Virus record (IMG/VR): IMGVR_UViG_3300042892_005961
Span: 147,169-211,168 of that record
Reading direction: 5' to 3' (one strand)
DNA length: 64,000 bases
Part shown: positions 29,684-40,610 of the stretch, in pieces
Layout of the letters: every line of letters begins with the position of its first letter
Numbering within the stretch: position 1 is the stretch's first letter
The notes under the pieces: generated by a model
What the model saw: only the letters and a program-made list of their open reading frames with translations
What the model was told of the DNA's origin: nothing
The model's database searches: none
Translations under genes and position numbers: made by a program

Positions 29684-32600
29684 TTACACTTTCTCCAATT
29701 TAAAATAAACAATATCACCATCTTGTAAATCTAAATCTTTCATCAATTTAGGTGATAGAGCAATTCCATATTCTTTTTCATCCCTAATATTGTCAATTGG
29801 ACCTCTAGCTATTGGTTTAGTTTTATCTGAACTATCTTGATGATTTACTGTTATATTTTTATTTTTATTTGGATTTAGGAAAAGTGTTTTATAATCTGTT
29901 AATGTTTCATTAACATCCATTTTATCTAAAATAAATCTGGTTGAATAGAAATAATTTTTATCACTAAATTGTCTAATATTACCCCAAGTAAACGCTGGAT
30001 CTTGTTTAAAATTAGATTTAGTTATTAAAGACATACTATCTGTATCGTTCATTGAATAATTTGATTCTCCCATTCTAACCACCTGTGCTCTTAACCATTT
30101 ATCTCCTTTATATTCAACTTGAACAATATATCTAAATTCATTAAATCCATTATATGGTATTCCATTTACGGTTACTCCCACATCGTCTAAAGTAACCTTT
30201 TCTCCCGGTACTTTCTTTTTATCAGGACCCATATCATATGTGTATTGACTACCATCGGCAGTGACAATAGATGCACTTGTTTCCGTAACTTTATCTGAAC
30301 CATTAACCCTATTGATTGCCTTTTGTTGTAGTTTATCAAATAATGTTCTATAACTTGACATAAATGAATCTGTCAAATCTGGTAATGCCGTGTATGGCAT
30401 TCTTGATCCTTTAAATTTGGTTACAATATTATTATTTCTAATTTCATGACCAACTTCAGTTATCCAATATGTTCCTTTAAACATAGGGATATTTTTTAAA
30501 TAGAAAAACATCGTAGGTTGTATCATAACATTACCCATACAAGTTATTTCACATGTGTATGCCGCTTGTCTATAATACTCATATAAACCAATATCAACAT
30601 TATGTGATGATGAACCTGATTCACTTCTAGCTAAGTTTTCTAATACATAAAATGACTCTGTAGTATTTTTAATTGATGCCTGATCTAAACTAATACCTTT
30701 AAAAATACTTTGATTTTGATCTCCAAAACTTACTTCAAATGCAACTACTTTATTTGTTTTAGATAAATCTCCTGTTTGAAATACTTTAGGTAAAGTAATC
30801 ATAACTGGATTGTTATTGGTATTACCAATATTAAAACTATCGTCAGTAAATCTATATTTTTTATTATCTGACATATCAGGTCTTGTCGAATTTTTACCTA
30901 CATATTGTACAATAATTTTAGGTGATGATTCTTGATAATCAACTTCTAAGAATGTTCCAAATATATTTTGTGCTATTTTTTTGGATGGTGTTAATTTAGG
31001 TGTGTTTGAAAAATTTGTTCCATAGAAATTAATATAAGCTGGTAATGCCCTTAAATCAAAACCCGTATCTTGTAATAATATTGATATTGAACTGAATAAA
31101 TTTTGTTTAATGTTTTCGGGTTCTCCTAAATTAAGTAATCGTGCTATGTCTATATAATATTCATTACCTATGTCTTTATTGGCCTTATCTAAAAATAAAA
31201 ACTCTTCTAAAAGTGACCTTTGACCTATAGAATTTCCTGCAATCCATTTATCGTTCATAGATTTAAAGAAATTATATAACTCAACCTTTAATGGTTTATT
31301 ATTATAACCATCAAAAAAATCTATTTTACTTTTAGATTCTTCAATATTAAAAGATGAAAATTGAGGTATCAAAGTACTAAAGAATAATGACATTCTATTA
31401 TTTAGACCTGTATTATTTTCACTATTAAAAATAATATTTTTATATAGATATTGTTGGAATGTATATTTGTCTCGTGTTCCTCCATTTTTTATATATCCCG
31501 CATAAATGTATATTAACGATCTAAACATCAACACATTTGATTCACTTAGTTTAATATTATTATCATCGAAGAAATCTAAATATTCATTATTATTACCAGT
31601 ATCCGTTAGATTTAAATATGGTCCAACATATAATTGAATATATTTTGTATCTCCCGATTGTGCGGTCAAATCGTAAGTATCGTATTTAAATTTATCTGTT
31701 TTATTAATATCAATAAAACCATTAATTACATGTGGGTCTAACTCTTTTGGGTTTCCGATTGTTATGTTTATTAAATCATTATTTGATAATAATGAAGTTG
31801 TAATTGTTTTTAATTTTTCAGACTGTTTAATTTTTAAATTCTGAATTTGGGTATCGATATTATCAGAATCACCATTTTTATCATATGAAAGGTTTACAAT
31901 GTCTCTTAATACTTCTTGGAACTTACCGTATTTTGTTAAACTAAATGATTTATCGGAATAATTTAAATTAACTTTTTCAGACGCAAAGTTTAAAAAGTGA
32001 GTTTCAAAATCTTCTAACATTTGTGGATTAAACGTTGCAATTAAATCAAATACCTTTTTGTTGTTACTACTTAAATTATAAAAATTACCTATTGTTCTAT
32101 TATACTCTTCTGGTGAAAAAAATGTCTCATTACTATATTTGTTATTAATATACTCATCTTCCCAAATAATTCTAAAATTATTTTGTTCTTCTAACGCAAA
32201 AGAATTATCACTAAATGGTGTGTCATTATTTACTAATGATTGTTTTTTACCGTGATGTAAGTTACCACCTGTGGACGGTAATAAAGTATACCCATTATTT
32301 CCATTATTAACATATTGTGTCCAATAATTAATTTTGTTGGTTCCTCTACTATCGTATTTTTTTAATTTTAATTTTCCATTTGTAATTGCGGTTGTATAAT
32401 TTTCAGTGGCACCACTTAGATATATGAAGAAACTATCGTTGTTTACTACATTATAAAAAACATTATCATAATAAGGATGTATACCTACATCAGTATAACC
32501 ACTAGTGTCACCAGTATATTTAACAGATTGAGTTTCCCCTGAATTAGTAAAAAATGTTAAGTTATTTTGATTATCAAAAAATTGTCTTCCGTTTATATTT

Positions 32601-35494
32601 GTTGTGGTTCCACCTGATAAAAATCCTTCTTTTAGAACAACATTTGAACTGTTTTTTTGAACGTCTAATATATCTTTACCTTCTAATATATATTTTTTGT
32701 ATCTGTGATAAATTGATCCCCATTTCAACATTAAAAAATAAGGAACATATTGTGACGTGCTAATTTCTCTAAATAATGATGAAACCATTATAATTGATCC
32801 TTCATAATTTACATTATCATCTAAATCAACAAAAGGTAATGAATTTAAAAATAAATAAGCTGAAGCGGTATATCTACCGTTTGGTCCGTTGACATCTGTA
32901 TCCATAAAATCCGCAAACAATTGTTTATGGAAATATGGGGTGTTTAATATGTTAGTTTTATTATTATCAACATTAATTGGCATTGAAAATAAATTACTTG
33001 TATAACCCGATTTTACCCAAAATTTAGAGTCTTTTTTACCTGATATTAATCCTTGTGTTGTATCGATTTCTAAAAACCCTTGATATGTAAAATTATCTAC
33101 TCCAAATTTATCAACAGAGGTCCCATTAAGATTTAAATAACTTAAATATTTCGTTGAACTGAATGGATATATGTTTGTCCTATAATCATCAACTCTATAA
33201 TTTAATAAATTATTTTTTAATTTTGGGTATACTTCAACGTCATTAAATGTACGGATCGGAAAATATTGTTTAATGGAATATGATTGTGAATAAAATGATT
33301 TTAAATAATCTGTTGTTGGTAAACTATCTAAATAATAATTATAACTCTCAAATGGTGCAATTTTCTGTAATTGTAATAAAAGATCAGTTTGACTTTTGAT
33401 ACTATCTTTTAATAATTTTCTTAGATTATTATCTCCTTTTACCGATTCTAATATATTTTGAAATTCAATATTCGCCAATTCTTTAATTGTATCTTTATTA
33501 AATGTATCGACTAAATTATATGTTAATGCCCTTTCATAAATTTCATATACAAATGATGATGGTGTTTTATTTACATAAGGTAATATATTAGTAACTGAAT
33601 TAGCCGTATTGATTTTCTTTATTTTATTAACATCAGTATCAGTTTCAAATTGTGTTTTATTTTTATCAACTCCACTCTCTTTATTTGTTAATGAATCCAC
33701 TTTATTTGTTGATATTCCAATATATGTTTCAATAAACTCAACTTCAGGCCATCTAACCGGATTATCCGAACCTAATCTAACATGAAAATCGGGGTCTCCA
33801 GGATAAATAATTGTATTTTCTTTACCTAAAATAGTTGATTTTAATTCCGGCCACGGATATATCGACTCTCCTTTTGATTCTTTAGAAAATTCACCTACTA
33901 CTTTTTTTCTTGTGTCCGCCTGATCAATTGCTCTTCTGTGTACGTCTTTCATTAAACGTATTAGAACTTCAGCATTGGCCAATATAACTGCAAAAATATT
34001 TCTAATTGTGGGTTCAAATCCAAAACCGTTCTTTTTATTACGAACAATTTCGTTCATTTTTTTCTCCACATCATTTTCCAATCTATTTCTTTGTTGTTCA
34101 AAACTTCTTCTAACGTCTCGAATATCATCGACTAATTTCTCAATTGCAACCGCAACAAATTTTTGGTCATCGGTTGTGGTATAACCACTTATTCCCTCTA
34201 TTTTGTTAATACCTAAACTATTTTTTGAAAAAACAGAAGTTGTATTATTAATTAAAGATGGTTGTTGTGGTTTACTTGATAAAAAATTAGTAAACATTTG
34301 ATTTTCATTTATTTTTTTATCATATAATTTTAATAAATTTTCTAATGTTCCATTACCATCACCTATTACTTGTGTTGTTTTCTTTTTGTCCTCGTTATTA
34401 ACATAAAAATATTGAACTATTGTACCGTTCGGTTGCTTGGAGTTTAATGAATTTACAGGAGTGTTAATTAAATTACTTGATGCCCACGATCTAACTGACT
34501 TTTCATATTCATCTATAGTTTCACCAAATTCTTTTGTGGCAGCAAATAATCTCATGTCAACCACTTGATCAAATATTTGTTTTTCCAATAAAGAATCTAA
34601 ATTAGATGCAATAGTTAAAATTTCTCTAACTGTTTTTACTGGAAAATCTTTTGGTATAAGTCCTTTTAATTTATATTCATTATAAACTGTCTTTAATATT
34701 TCGTACCCTCTTGAAGATTTTTTTAATTCTTCTTTTTCTAATCCTAAAGTTTCATTAAAACGAGTTGTTCGTGTTGACTCATTAGGAAAAAGATATGGGG
34801 CATTTAATATTCCTTGTAATGGAATATCGGACAACCACGCATATGTTGATCCAACGAATGTTGTACTAACTTCAAAATTACCACTAGATTCATTAAATTT
34901 ACTTGTAAACTTAACTAAATGAAGTCTATATTTGATCGCTTTACCATAATAACCTTTTACCGTTAAATAAAATATTGGCCAAGGTATATGAAAGAATGCT
35001 TTATATGGTGAATTTTCAGGTGATTCAAATAATGTTTTACCTCTTACATCAATAAAATTTATTCGAACTTGTGGTATCGCATTAAATCCTTTAATTTCTA
35101 TTGAAATACTATCGATACCAAAGGACTGTCCAGTTTTATCTGATTGAAAAAATTCACCTGTTGGATTACCTTTATTATCTTTTTTTTCTTCTGTATTTAA
35201 AAATGAGTCAGTCCATGTTGTATCATAGTCTTGTCCGTCTCCATTTTTTAGAAAATTAAGGGTTCCACTTGCAATACTTGTTAATGTGTTAGTTTCATTA
35301 TCTGATACTAAAATAGATCTTGGAACGATGTCCGCCTCTAAATTAACATACATGATTAACTTTTCCGCTTGTATGTTTCTTGGGTTTACATTTCCATCCG
35401 CGTCAACAGTTGAGTTTGGGTCAATATAAATTAAATTATTTTGATCAACTTTTACTTGTATATCTTCAGTATTTGTTACGTTATTTTTCACCAT
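29684..35494 (-). CDS. Very large baseplate hub protein (gp27/GpD-like C-terminal region)
   Basis: 1936 aa; CEITCMGNVMIQPTMFFYLKNIPMFKGTYWITEVGHEI is typical of hub proteins; follows the LysM-like gene. Confidence 0.6.
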   Translation of the reverse strand: MVKNNVTNTEDIQVKVDQNNLIYIDPNSTVDADGNVNPRNIQAEKLIMYVNLEADIVPRSILVSDNETNTLTSIASGTLNFLKNGDGQDYDTTWTDSFLNTEEKKDNKGNPTGEFFQSDKTGQSFGIDSISIEIKGFNAIPQVRINFIDVRGKTLFESPENSPYKAFFHIPWPIFYLTVKGYYGKAIKYRLHLVKFTSKFNESSGNFEVSTTFVGSTYAWLSDIPLQGILNAPYLFPNESTRTTRFNETLGLEKEELKKSSRGYEILKTVYNEYKLKGLIPKDFPVKTVREILTIASNLDSLLEKQIFDQVVDMRLFAATKEFGETIDEYEKSVRSWASSNLINTPVNSLNSKQPNGTIVQYFYVNNEDKKKTTQVIGDGNGTLENLLKLYDKKINENQMFTNFLSSKPQQPSLINNTTSVFSKNSLGINKIEGISGYTTTDDQKFVAVAIEKLVDDIRDVRRSFEQQRNRLENDVEKKMNEIVRNKKNGFGFEPTIRNIFAVILANAEVLIRLMKDVHRRAIDQADTRKKVVGEFSKESKGESIYPWPELKSTILGKENTIIYPGDPDFHVRLGSDNPVRWPEVEFIETYIGISTNKVDSLTNKESGVDKNKTQFETDTDVNKIKKINTANSVTNILPYVNKTPSSFVYEIYERALTYNLVDTFNKDTIKELANIEFQNILESVKGDNNLRKLLKDSIKSQTDLLLQLQKIAPFESYNYYLDSLPTTDYLKSFYSQSYSIKQYFPIRTFNDVEVYPKLKNNLLNYRVDDYRTNIYPFSSTKYLSYLNLNGTSVDKFGVDNFTYQGFLEIDTTQGLISGKKDSKFWVKSGYTSNLFSMPINVDNNKTNILNTPYFHKQLFADFMDTDVNGPNGRYTASAYLFLNSLPFVDLDDNVNYEGSIIMVSSLFREISTSQYVPYFLMLKWGSIYHRYKKYILEGKDILDVQKNSSNVVLKEGFLSGGTTTNINGRQFFDNQNNLTFFTNSGETQSVKYTGDTSGYTDVGIHPYYDNVFYNVVNNDSFFIYLSGATENYTTAITNGKLKLKKYDSRGTNKINYWTQYVNNGNNGYTLLPSTGGNLHHGKKQSLVNNDTPFSDNSFALEEQNNFRIIWEDEYINNKYSNETFFSPEEYNRTIGNFYNLSSNNKKVFDLIATFNPQMLEDFETHFLNFASEKVNLNYSDKSFSLTKYGKFQEVLRDIVNLSYDKNGDSDNIDTQIQNLKIKQSEKLKTITTSLLSNNDLINITIGNPKELDPHVINGFIDINKTDKFKYDTYDLTAQSGDTKYIQLYVGPYLNLTDTGNNNEYLDFFDDNNIKLSESNVLMFRSLIYIYAGYIKNGGTRDKYTFQQYLYKNIIFNSENNTGLNNRMSLFFSTLIPQFSSFNIEESKSKIDFFDGYNNKPLKVELYNFFKSMNDKWIAGNSIGQRSLLEEFLFLDKANKDIGNEYYIDIARLLNLGEPENIKQNLFSSISILLQDTGFDLRALPAYINFYGTNFSNTPKLTPSKKIAQNIFGTFLEVDYQESSPKIIVQYVGKNSTRPDMSDNKKYRFTDDSFNIGNTNNNPVMITLPKVFQTGDLSKTNKVVAFEVSFGDQNQSIFKGISLDQASIKNTTESFYVLENLARSESGSSSHNVDIGLYEYYRQAAYTCEITCMGNVMIQPTMFFYLKNIPMFKGTYWITEVGHEIRNNNIVTKFKGSRMPYTALPDLTDSFMSSYRTLFDKLQQKAINRVNGSDKVTETSASIVTADGSQYTYDMGPDKKKVPGEKVTLDDVGVTVNGIPYNGFNEFRYIVQVEYKGDKWLRAQVVRMGESNYSMNDTDSMSLITKSNFKQDPAFTWGNIRQFSDKNYFYSTRFILDKMDVNETLTDYKTLFLNPNKNKNITVNHQDSSDKTKPIARGPIDNIRDEKEYGIALSPKLMKDLDLQDGDIVYFKLEKV

Positions 35495-35807
35495 AATATA
35501 GATTATACAATTCTACACCTCTTTTATAATCTTGTAAAGAGCTAATTAATGGGTACGGTATTCTTATGAAGAAATTATCTGGTATATCAAATTCTAAACT
35601 TCCCGCCTGTGGATTTGCTAACATAATTAACCATCCAAAAGTGGGTCCACCATAATATTCTTGTGACATTTTATCTAATCTGTCTTTACCTTTCTTAAAT
35701 AAAATATATTTATCCGTTCCTTTAATTGGGATTTCAATTCCCGGTACAATTCTAAATGTACCATCATCTATAAAAAACTGATACCTATCAAAATAATCCC
35801 TACTCAT
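35481..35807 (-). CDS. LysM-like tail/baseplate protein (gp53/Tail_X-like)
   Basis: 108 aa; GKDRLDKMSQEYYG..GWLIMLANP...IRIP. Confidence 0.75.
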   Translation of the reverse strand: MSRDYFDRYQFFIDDGTFRIVPGIEIPIKGTDKYILFKKGKDRLDKMSQEYYGGPTFGWLIMLANPQAGSLEFDIPDNFFIRIPYPLISSLQDYKRGVELYNLYYGEK

Positions 35808-38800
35808 TTTCTATAATAGTTTAATTTATCTGTCACATTATTTGATGATCCGAATAACTTTTTAACTTCATCTATAATAGTTATTACAGTTTCTTCTGAT
35901 TCTCCCATTGGTTCCAAATCAATCTTAATTTGTTTATCATTTTTACGAACAGGATCTTTACTAAATTTAATATTAATTTCCGATGGTTGGTATAGTGATT
36001 GATTTAATTTTTTAGTTATTCTGTCCAAAAGATCATTATCCGTTGTAGATAAAGTAGTTCCTATTTTACTAACTATAGATGATTTATCATCGTAAAATAA
36101 TACTCTTATAATGTCTTCAGCAATTTCAAATGTATATTGTATATTTAAAAAGTTAATTGAAGTATCTAATTTAGAATACATCTTTTCGGTATTCTTTTTT
36201 ATATGTTCAATACAATCACTATAATTTGAATAGAAGCTTACTTTTCTTTGTTCGTCTGTTGTTCCGTCTAATTTATATATATTCTTTGTTACTTTTTCTT
36301 TTTCAATTTTAACATCTCTAGCGTATTTTGTAATAAAATTAACATTATCAATAGATTTAATTAATTCATTTCTATTATTTTCAAAATCTGTAATATTTTT
36401 AAATGTTGATAAATCAATCATTTTTGATGGTATTTGTTCTATCACATACGAGTGTAGAACATTAGCAACATCATCTTTTATATTTAATGGAATGGTGTCC
36501 TCAAGTTTCAATATCTTTAAAATATAATACTTATCTGATAAGAAGTTAAGGTCATTTAAATAAGTTTTTAACGAATCGGCGGTGTGATTACATAGTGAAG
36601 GTAAACTAGAATTGTTAGGATATAATCCAAATAAATTTAAAGTTGTTGCCGCTCCACCGGTTTCCACATCATAAACATTTATTTTACGATAATCTTTATT
36701 AAAAACTAAATTTGTTAAATGTTTACCATATTTTGTTAGAGTACTATTATAAAAACTTTCATATGAGACAAAATATTGACTTGTATTTTTATAAAGATTA
36801 TCAATAACGGTCGTATAATCTAATGCCGATCCATCTATCAAAGCACCAATATATTGTCCTTCAGATACGTTATTTTTACTAGGACTATCTTTTAGTAATG
36901 TTGGTGGAAATAATTTATCGTTTAAACCTTGTATGAATTCTTTTGTAAATTCATTTGCATCCATACCTCCTATTTTTGTATTAGTAGATTCAGATCTTTC
37001 GTCGTACATTTCAGTATTTGCGTAGAAATTTGACGATAACGCATTTTGTAATCTTTCAATAGGTCTTTCTAAACCTTGTCCACCTAAGAAATTCAATTGT
37101 ATTGTTACAGTTGCAATCATAGGTTGTATTCCAATACCTTCAGAATTCAAATCCCATACGTTTTCTTCAAATTGAATATTAAGATCTCTAATAACAACTT
37201 TTGAATTATAGAAATCACCAACTCTTAACACACAAACAGGTGGGGGTCCAAATGTTGTATTTCTCGCATTTATATCGGAATCATCAGATGATCCTTTTAT
37301 TGGTATTGTGTTGCCTGGTCTTAAACATTGTTGTAAAAACGTCAATCGTGAGTTCAAACCTTCAGGAGTCATTGAGTGAAATCCAGGATGAAAATATCTT
37401 AATTTTTCTTTTAATGAACTATAAATCATTGGAGACGTTTCTTCTAATTTCTTAAAATAAAACTCTTCAGATAATGTTTTCATTATGATTCTTTTCATCA
37501 AATCAATAGGTGGTTTAGTTTTGTTAGTACTAACATTACCCGTAGGTGACATTCTTATACTAGACACGTTTGAAGGTCCATCTACATTCGTTTTAGTATC
37601 GTAATCGATTGATACTGTAGATTGTCTACATCCATATGATAATGGTGAAAATCGGTTTAAATTTGGAGTTTCATACGTTACTCTACCACAGTCAACATTA
37701 TCTACGTTTTTTTTCTTTCCGTAATTAATTGTTCTAAAAATTATAGACTTATCTAAACCATCAAAACCTAAATCTAAGTTTAAGGTATAATTAACTTCAA
37801 TTGGAAACACTTCGAATCCTGGTGAAAACTCTTTCGATGTTACGTTTTTAAACTCCCACTTATCTTTTATAAATGGGTTTAATGTTTCTATAACATATTT
37901 AACAATAGAATGTGATCTCCTCATAGATAAGTTATAATCACTAACATCATCTCCTGTAGCTGAAGTTGTAGATCCAATTAAAACAACAATGTCACTATTT
38001 ATATTTTTATTTTCTATATTTGTTTTTAATTTTTTAATTGCCGCTTTAAAACTATCAAAGTTTGTTTGTTGATTTTCAAAAACTTTTAATAAATCATCTT
38101 TAACATTTTGAATTGATTGTGTCGATTCTGGTCCGCTTATATTATCTTTTCCAAATACATTAACTAAATCTGTTTTTTTATTTTGACTAATAATAGTGAT
38201 TAATGCGGTCTCTAATCGAGCCAATGCAGTTTGTTGATTTGTTGTTCCACTTAAACTTTGGGCAATATCATTATAATTCTGAATTGATTTAAAACTTGTT
38301 CCACTATCACTATCTGGATCTGAATTAGGGAATATTAATTTTACCTTTAATGATTCATTTTTCTTATTAGCATCGTTTGTTGAACTTCCTTCAGGATTAT
38401 TCCCCACTATAGTCGGAACAGCATCTTTTAATCGATTAATGTCATTTGGATTTTTATTGGTGTTTAAATAATTCTGTATTGCAGTAATATCATCTTCATT
38501 TAAATTTGCGTATGTTCTTATTAAACTATAAAAATCAATATCTTTTGCTCCCGCAAAAAATGAATTAATATAATCATCCGCCTGTTCATCGTTTAAATTT
38601 TTAAAATGTTCTCTAACAAGTAAATTCATAATACTTGGGTGATCCACAACAATTTTAAAATTTAATGTTCCACTTCTTTCAGTATTTTGATATGTATAAA
38701 TTGGTTCGGGTCTACCTAAAAACGTATTAGATTCCCATTTAGCACTATTTTGTTCAGATACTTTTAAATCATATGGTGGAAACCACATTACTCTACCTCC

Positions 38801-40570
38801 GTTAGGTCCTCTTTCTGAGAAAGGTAAATCATTTACTGTATAACCTGGTAATGTTGATGAACCCCATGCTAAATTTTCAATTGACAACATATACTTTTTA
38901 GCATAAAAATTTTTCTCTCCTCTAACAATATTTGTTGAACCTGGAAATTCAGGGTTAGTCGTTCCGTCCGACATAGGAGCCATATTCAAATTCCATGTAT
39001 CTGACATAACACTTCCATCAAAACGTCTTATACCTTTTCTTCTAAATGGTGTTTCTTTTCCCTTATAATATGGTTTATCTTCCGTTTCCTTATAAAATGG
39101 CATTGTATTACCATAATTAAAATATGGTCTATCTTTAGTCCATACTCTTGCATATTCAACACCTATATCTCTACCTGAATTATCTATATATTTTACACCT
39201 GAACCTCTTGATATTAATGTGTCTCCATCTTTAAAATATCTACTTGTTTGATCAATAACGTGACCGATATGTGCTAAAGAATCTCCACCATTTTGTGGTT
39301 TTGAATCTAATATTTGTTGAGTAACTTCTAAAATTGAATCTGGTCTAAATTTATATCTTGTAGATAAATCTTCATTAATATTTTGTAAATTTACACCTTT
39401 GGTTGTTCCATTTTTACTAGCCCATGTTAATTTACCACCTATTTTACCTCCCTGTGTAATATTTTTATTACTATGAAAAAGTTCAGCAGCAATTGTATCA
39501 AACATTAATGAAAGATAATAACTACTTCTTATTGGTCTACCACTAAATAAATCGGTAGTGGCGTTTTTAACATTATTTGCTCTATCATCTCCAATATATG
39601 CAGCTCCGGCTGGTGCCTCAACACCTAATATACTTTTAACACCTTGAGCAACCATACTCGGTATTCTACCTAATCCGGTTGACATTTGAGATCTTGCACC
39701 TGTTGTATAGTTAGGAGCATAAGCGTTGAAACTTAATAAATCAAATAATCTATACTTTGTGGCATCTCCCATATTTTCAATTAATATGTCGGACGGTTTT
39801 CTTGTTGGTAAAGGTCTTCTTTGAATACCTACAATTGAACCTAATACCCCCGTTAAATCTTGCCATACTTTAGTCCCCGTAGAAACGTCTGTAGGTCTTA
39901 CATTAATGGGTGCTCTTGGGTTTGTTAAGTAATCTCCAGGTATTGTACTAAACGGTAATTGTGTTCCCGCCACGGTACCTAAAAAATCAATTCCTTTACC
40001 TAATATACTTCTAGATGCGGTAATTTTTTCATTACCCTCAATTAAAGGTTGTTTACCTCTAATAATGTTTATTAGTGTGTTAGTATTACCTAATAATGCT
40101 TCTCCTATTTTATTTTTAGCAACCGTTGCGGTATATAAATTTTGATTAATTCTTGCTAAAACAGGACCATTACTATTGGTTCTAATATTATGTGCTGCAA
40201 ACTTAAATAATTCGGATTCTGTATCATAACTTCTAGTGGCCATAATACTAATCAAATTTTCGTCCGTCTTTACAAAATATGGATATAAATTTAAATTTGC
40301 TCTTCTTGGTAAATCTGCTATTGTTTCTTTAATGAAATATTCCGTTGGTTTAAAAATATTAGATTTTTGAGGAACCAAAAGATCATTCTTTCTATTGTCG
40401 TCGACTTGAGGAAGTAATAGATTTGGACTGTCTCCTAATGTTTGAATACTATAATCATCACTTTTAAAGGTTTTAGGAGACGGACTTCTTCCGTAAACAG
40501 GATCTAAGGTCCTATTTAACATTCTATCTCTAATGTCCTTAGTAGCGTCAAAACTTAAGTATTTTGGCAT
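35804..40570 (-). CDS. Large tail-tube-initiator/baseplate protein with OmpA-like domain
   Basis: 1588 aa; WESNTFLGRPEPIYTYQNTERSG and PPVCVLRVGDFY..VVI resemble tube-initiator motifs; IGSTTS...YNLSMRRSHSIVKYV resembles OmpA-C. Confidence 0.55.
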   Translation of the reverse strand: MPKYLSFDATKDIRDRMLNRTLDPVYGRSPSPKTFKSDDYSIQTLGDSPNLLLPQVDDNRKNDLLVPQKSNIFKPTEYFIKETIADLPRRANLNLYPYFVKTDENLISIMATRSYDTESELFKFAAHNIRTNSNGPVLARINQNLYTATVAKNKIGEALLGNTNTLINIIRGKQPLIEGNEKITASRSILGKGIDFLGTVAGTQLPFSTIPGDYLTNPRAPINVRPTDVSTGTKVWQDLTGVLGSIVGIQRRPLPTRKPSDILIENMGDATKYRLFDLLSFNAYAPNYTTGARSQMSTGLGRIPSMVAQGVKSILGVEAPAGAAYIGDDRANNVKNATTDLFSGRPIRSSYYLSLMFDTIAAELFHSNKNITQGGKIGGKLTWASKNGTTKGVNLQNINEDLSTRYKFRPDSILEVTQQILDSKPQNGGDSLAHIGHVIDQTSRYFKDGDTLISRGSGVKYIDNSGRDIGVEYARVWTKDRPYFNYGNTMPFYKETEDKPYYKGKETPFRRKGIRRFDGSVMSDTWNLNMAPMSDGTTNPEFPGSTNIVRGEKNFYAKKYMLSIENLAWGSSTLPGYTVNDLPFSERGPNGGRVMWFPPYDLKVSEQNSAKWESNTFLGRPEPIYTYQNTERSGTLNFKIVVDHPSIMNLLVREHFKNLNDEQADDYINSFFAGAKDIDFYSLIRTYANLNEDDITAIQNYLNTNKNPNDINRLKDAVPTIVGNNPEGSSTNDANKKNESLKVKLIFPNSDPDSDSGTSFKSIQNYNDIAQSLSGTTNQQTALARLETALITIISQNKKTDLVNVFGKDNISGPESTQSIQNVKDDLLKVFENQQTNFDSFKAAIKKLKTNIENKNINSDIVVLIGSTTSATGDDVSDYNLSMRRSHSIVKYVIETLNPFIKDKWEFKNVTSKEFSPGFEVFPIEVNYTLNLDLGFDGLDKSIIFRTINYGKKKNVDNVDCGRVTYETPNLNRFSPLSYGCRQSTVSIDYDTKTNVDGPSNVSSIRMSPTGNVSTNKTKPPIDLMKRIIMKTLSEEFYFKKLEETSPMIYSSLKEKLRYFHPGFHSMTPEGLNSRLTFLQQCLRPGNTIPIKGSSDDSDINARNTTFGPPPVCVLRVGDFYNSKVVIRDLNIQFEENVWDLNSEGIGIQPMIATVTIQLNFLGGQGLERPIERLQNALSSNFYANTEMYDERSESTNTKIGGMDANEFTKEFIQGLNDKLFPPTLLKDSPSKNNVSEGQYIGALIDGSALDYTTVIDNLYKNTSQYFVSYESFYNSTLTKYGKHLTNLVFNKDYRKINVYDVETGGAATTLNLFGLYPNNSSLPSLCNHTADSLKTYLNDLNFLSDKYYILKILKLEDTIPLNIKDDVANVLHSYVIEQIPSKMIDLSTFKNITDFENNRNELIKSIDNVNFITKYARDVKIEKEKVTKNIYKLDGTTDEQRKVSFYSNYSDCIEHIKKNTEKMYSKLDTSINFLNIQYTFEIAEDIIRVLFYDDKSSIVSKIGTTLSTTDNDLLDRITKKLNQSLYQPSEINIKFSKDPVRKNDKQIKIDLEPMGESEETVITIIDEVKKLFGSSNNVTDKLNYYRK

Positions 40571-40610
40571 TATCTTCTTTTATCTATAAATAGATAATAT
40601 ATGATTTTAA

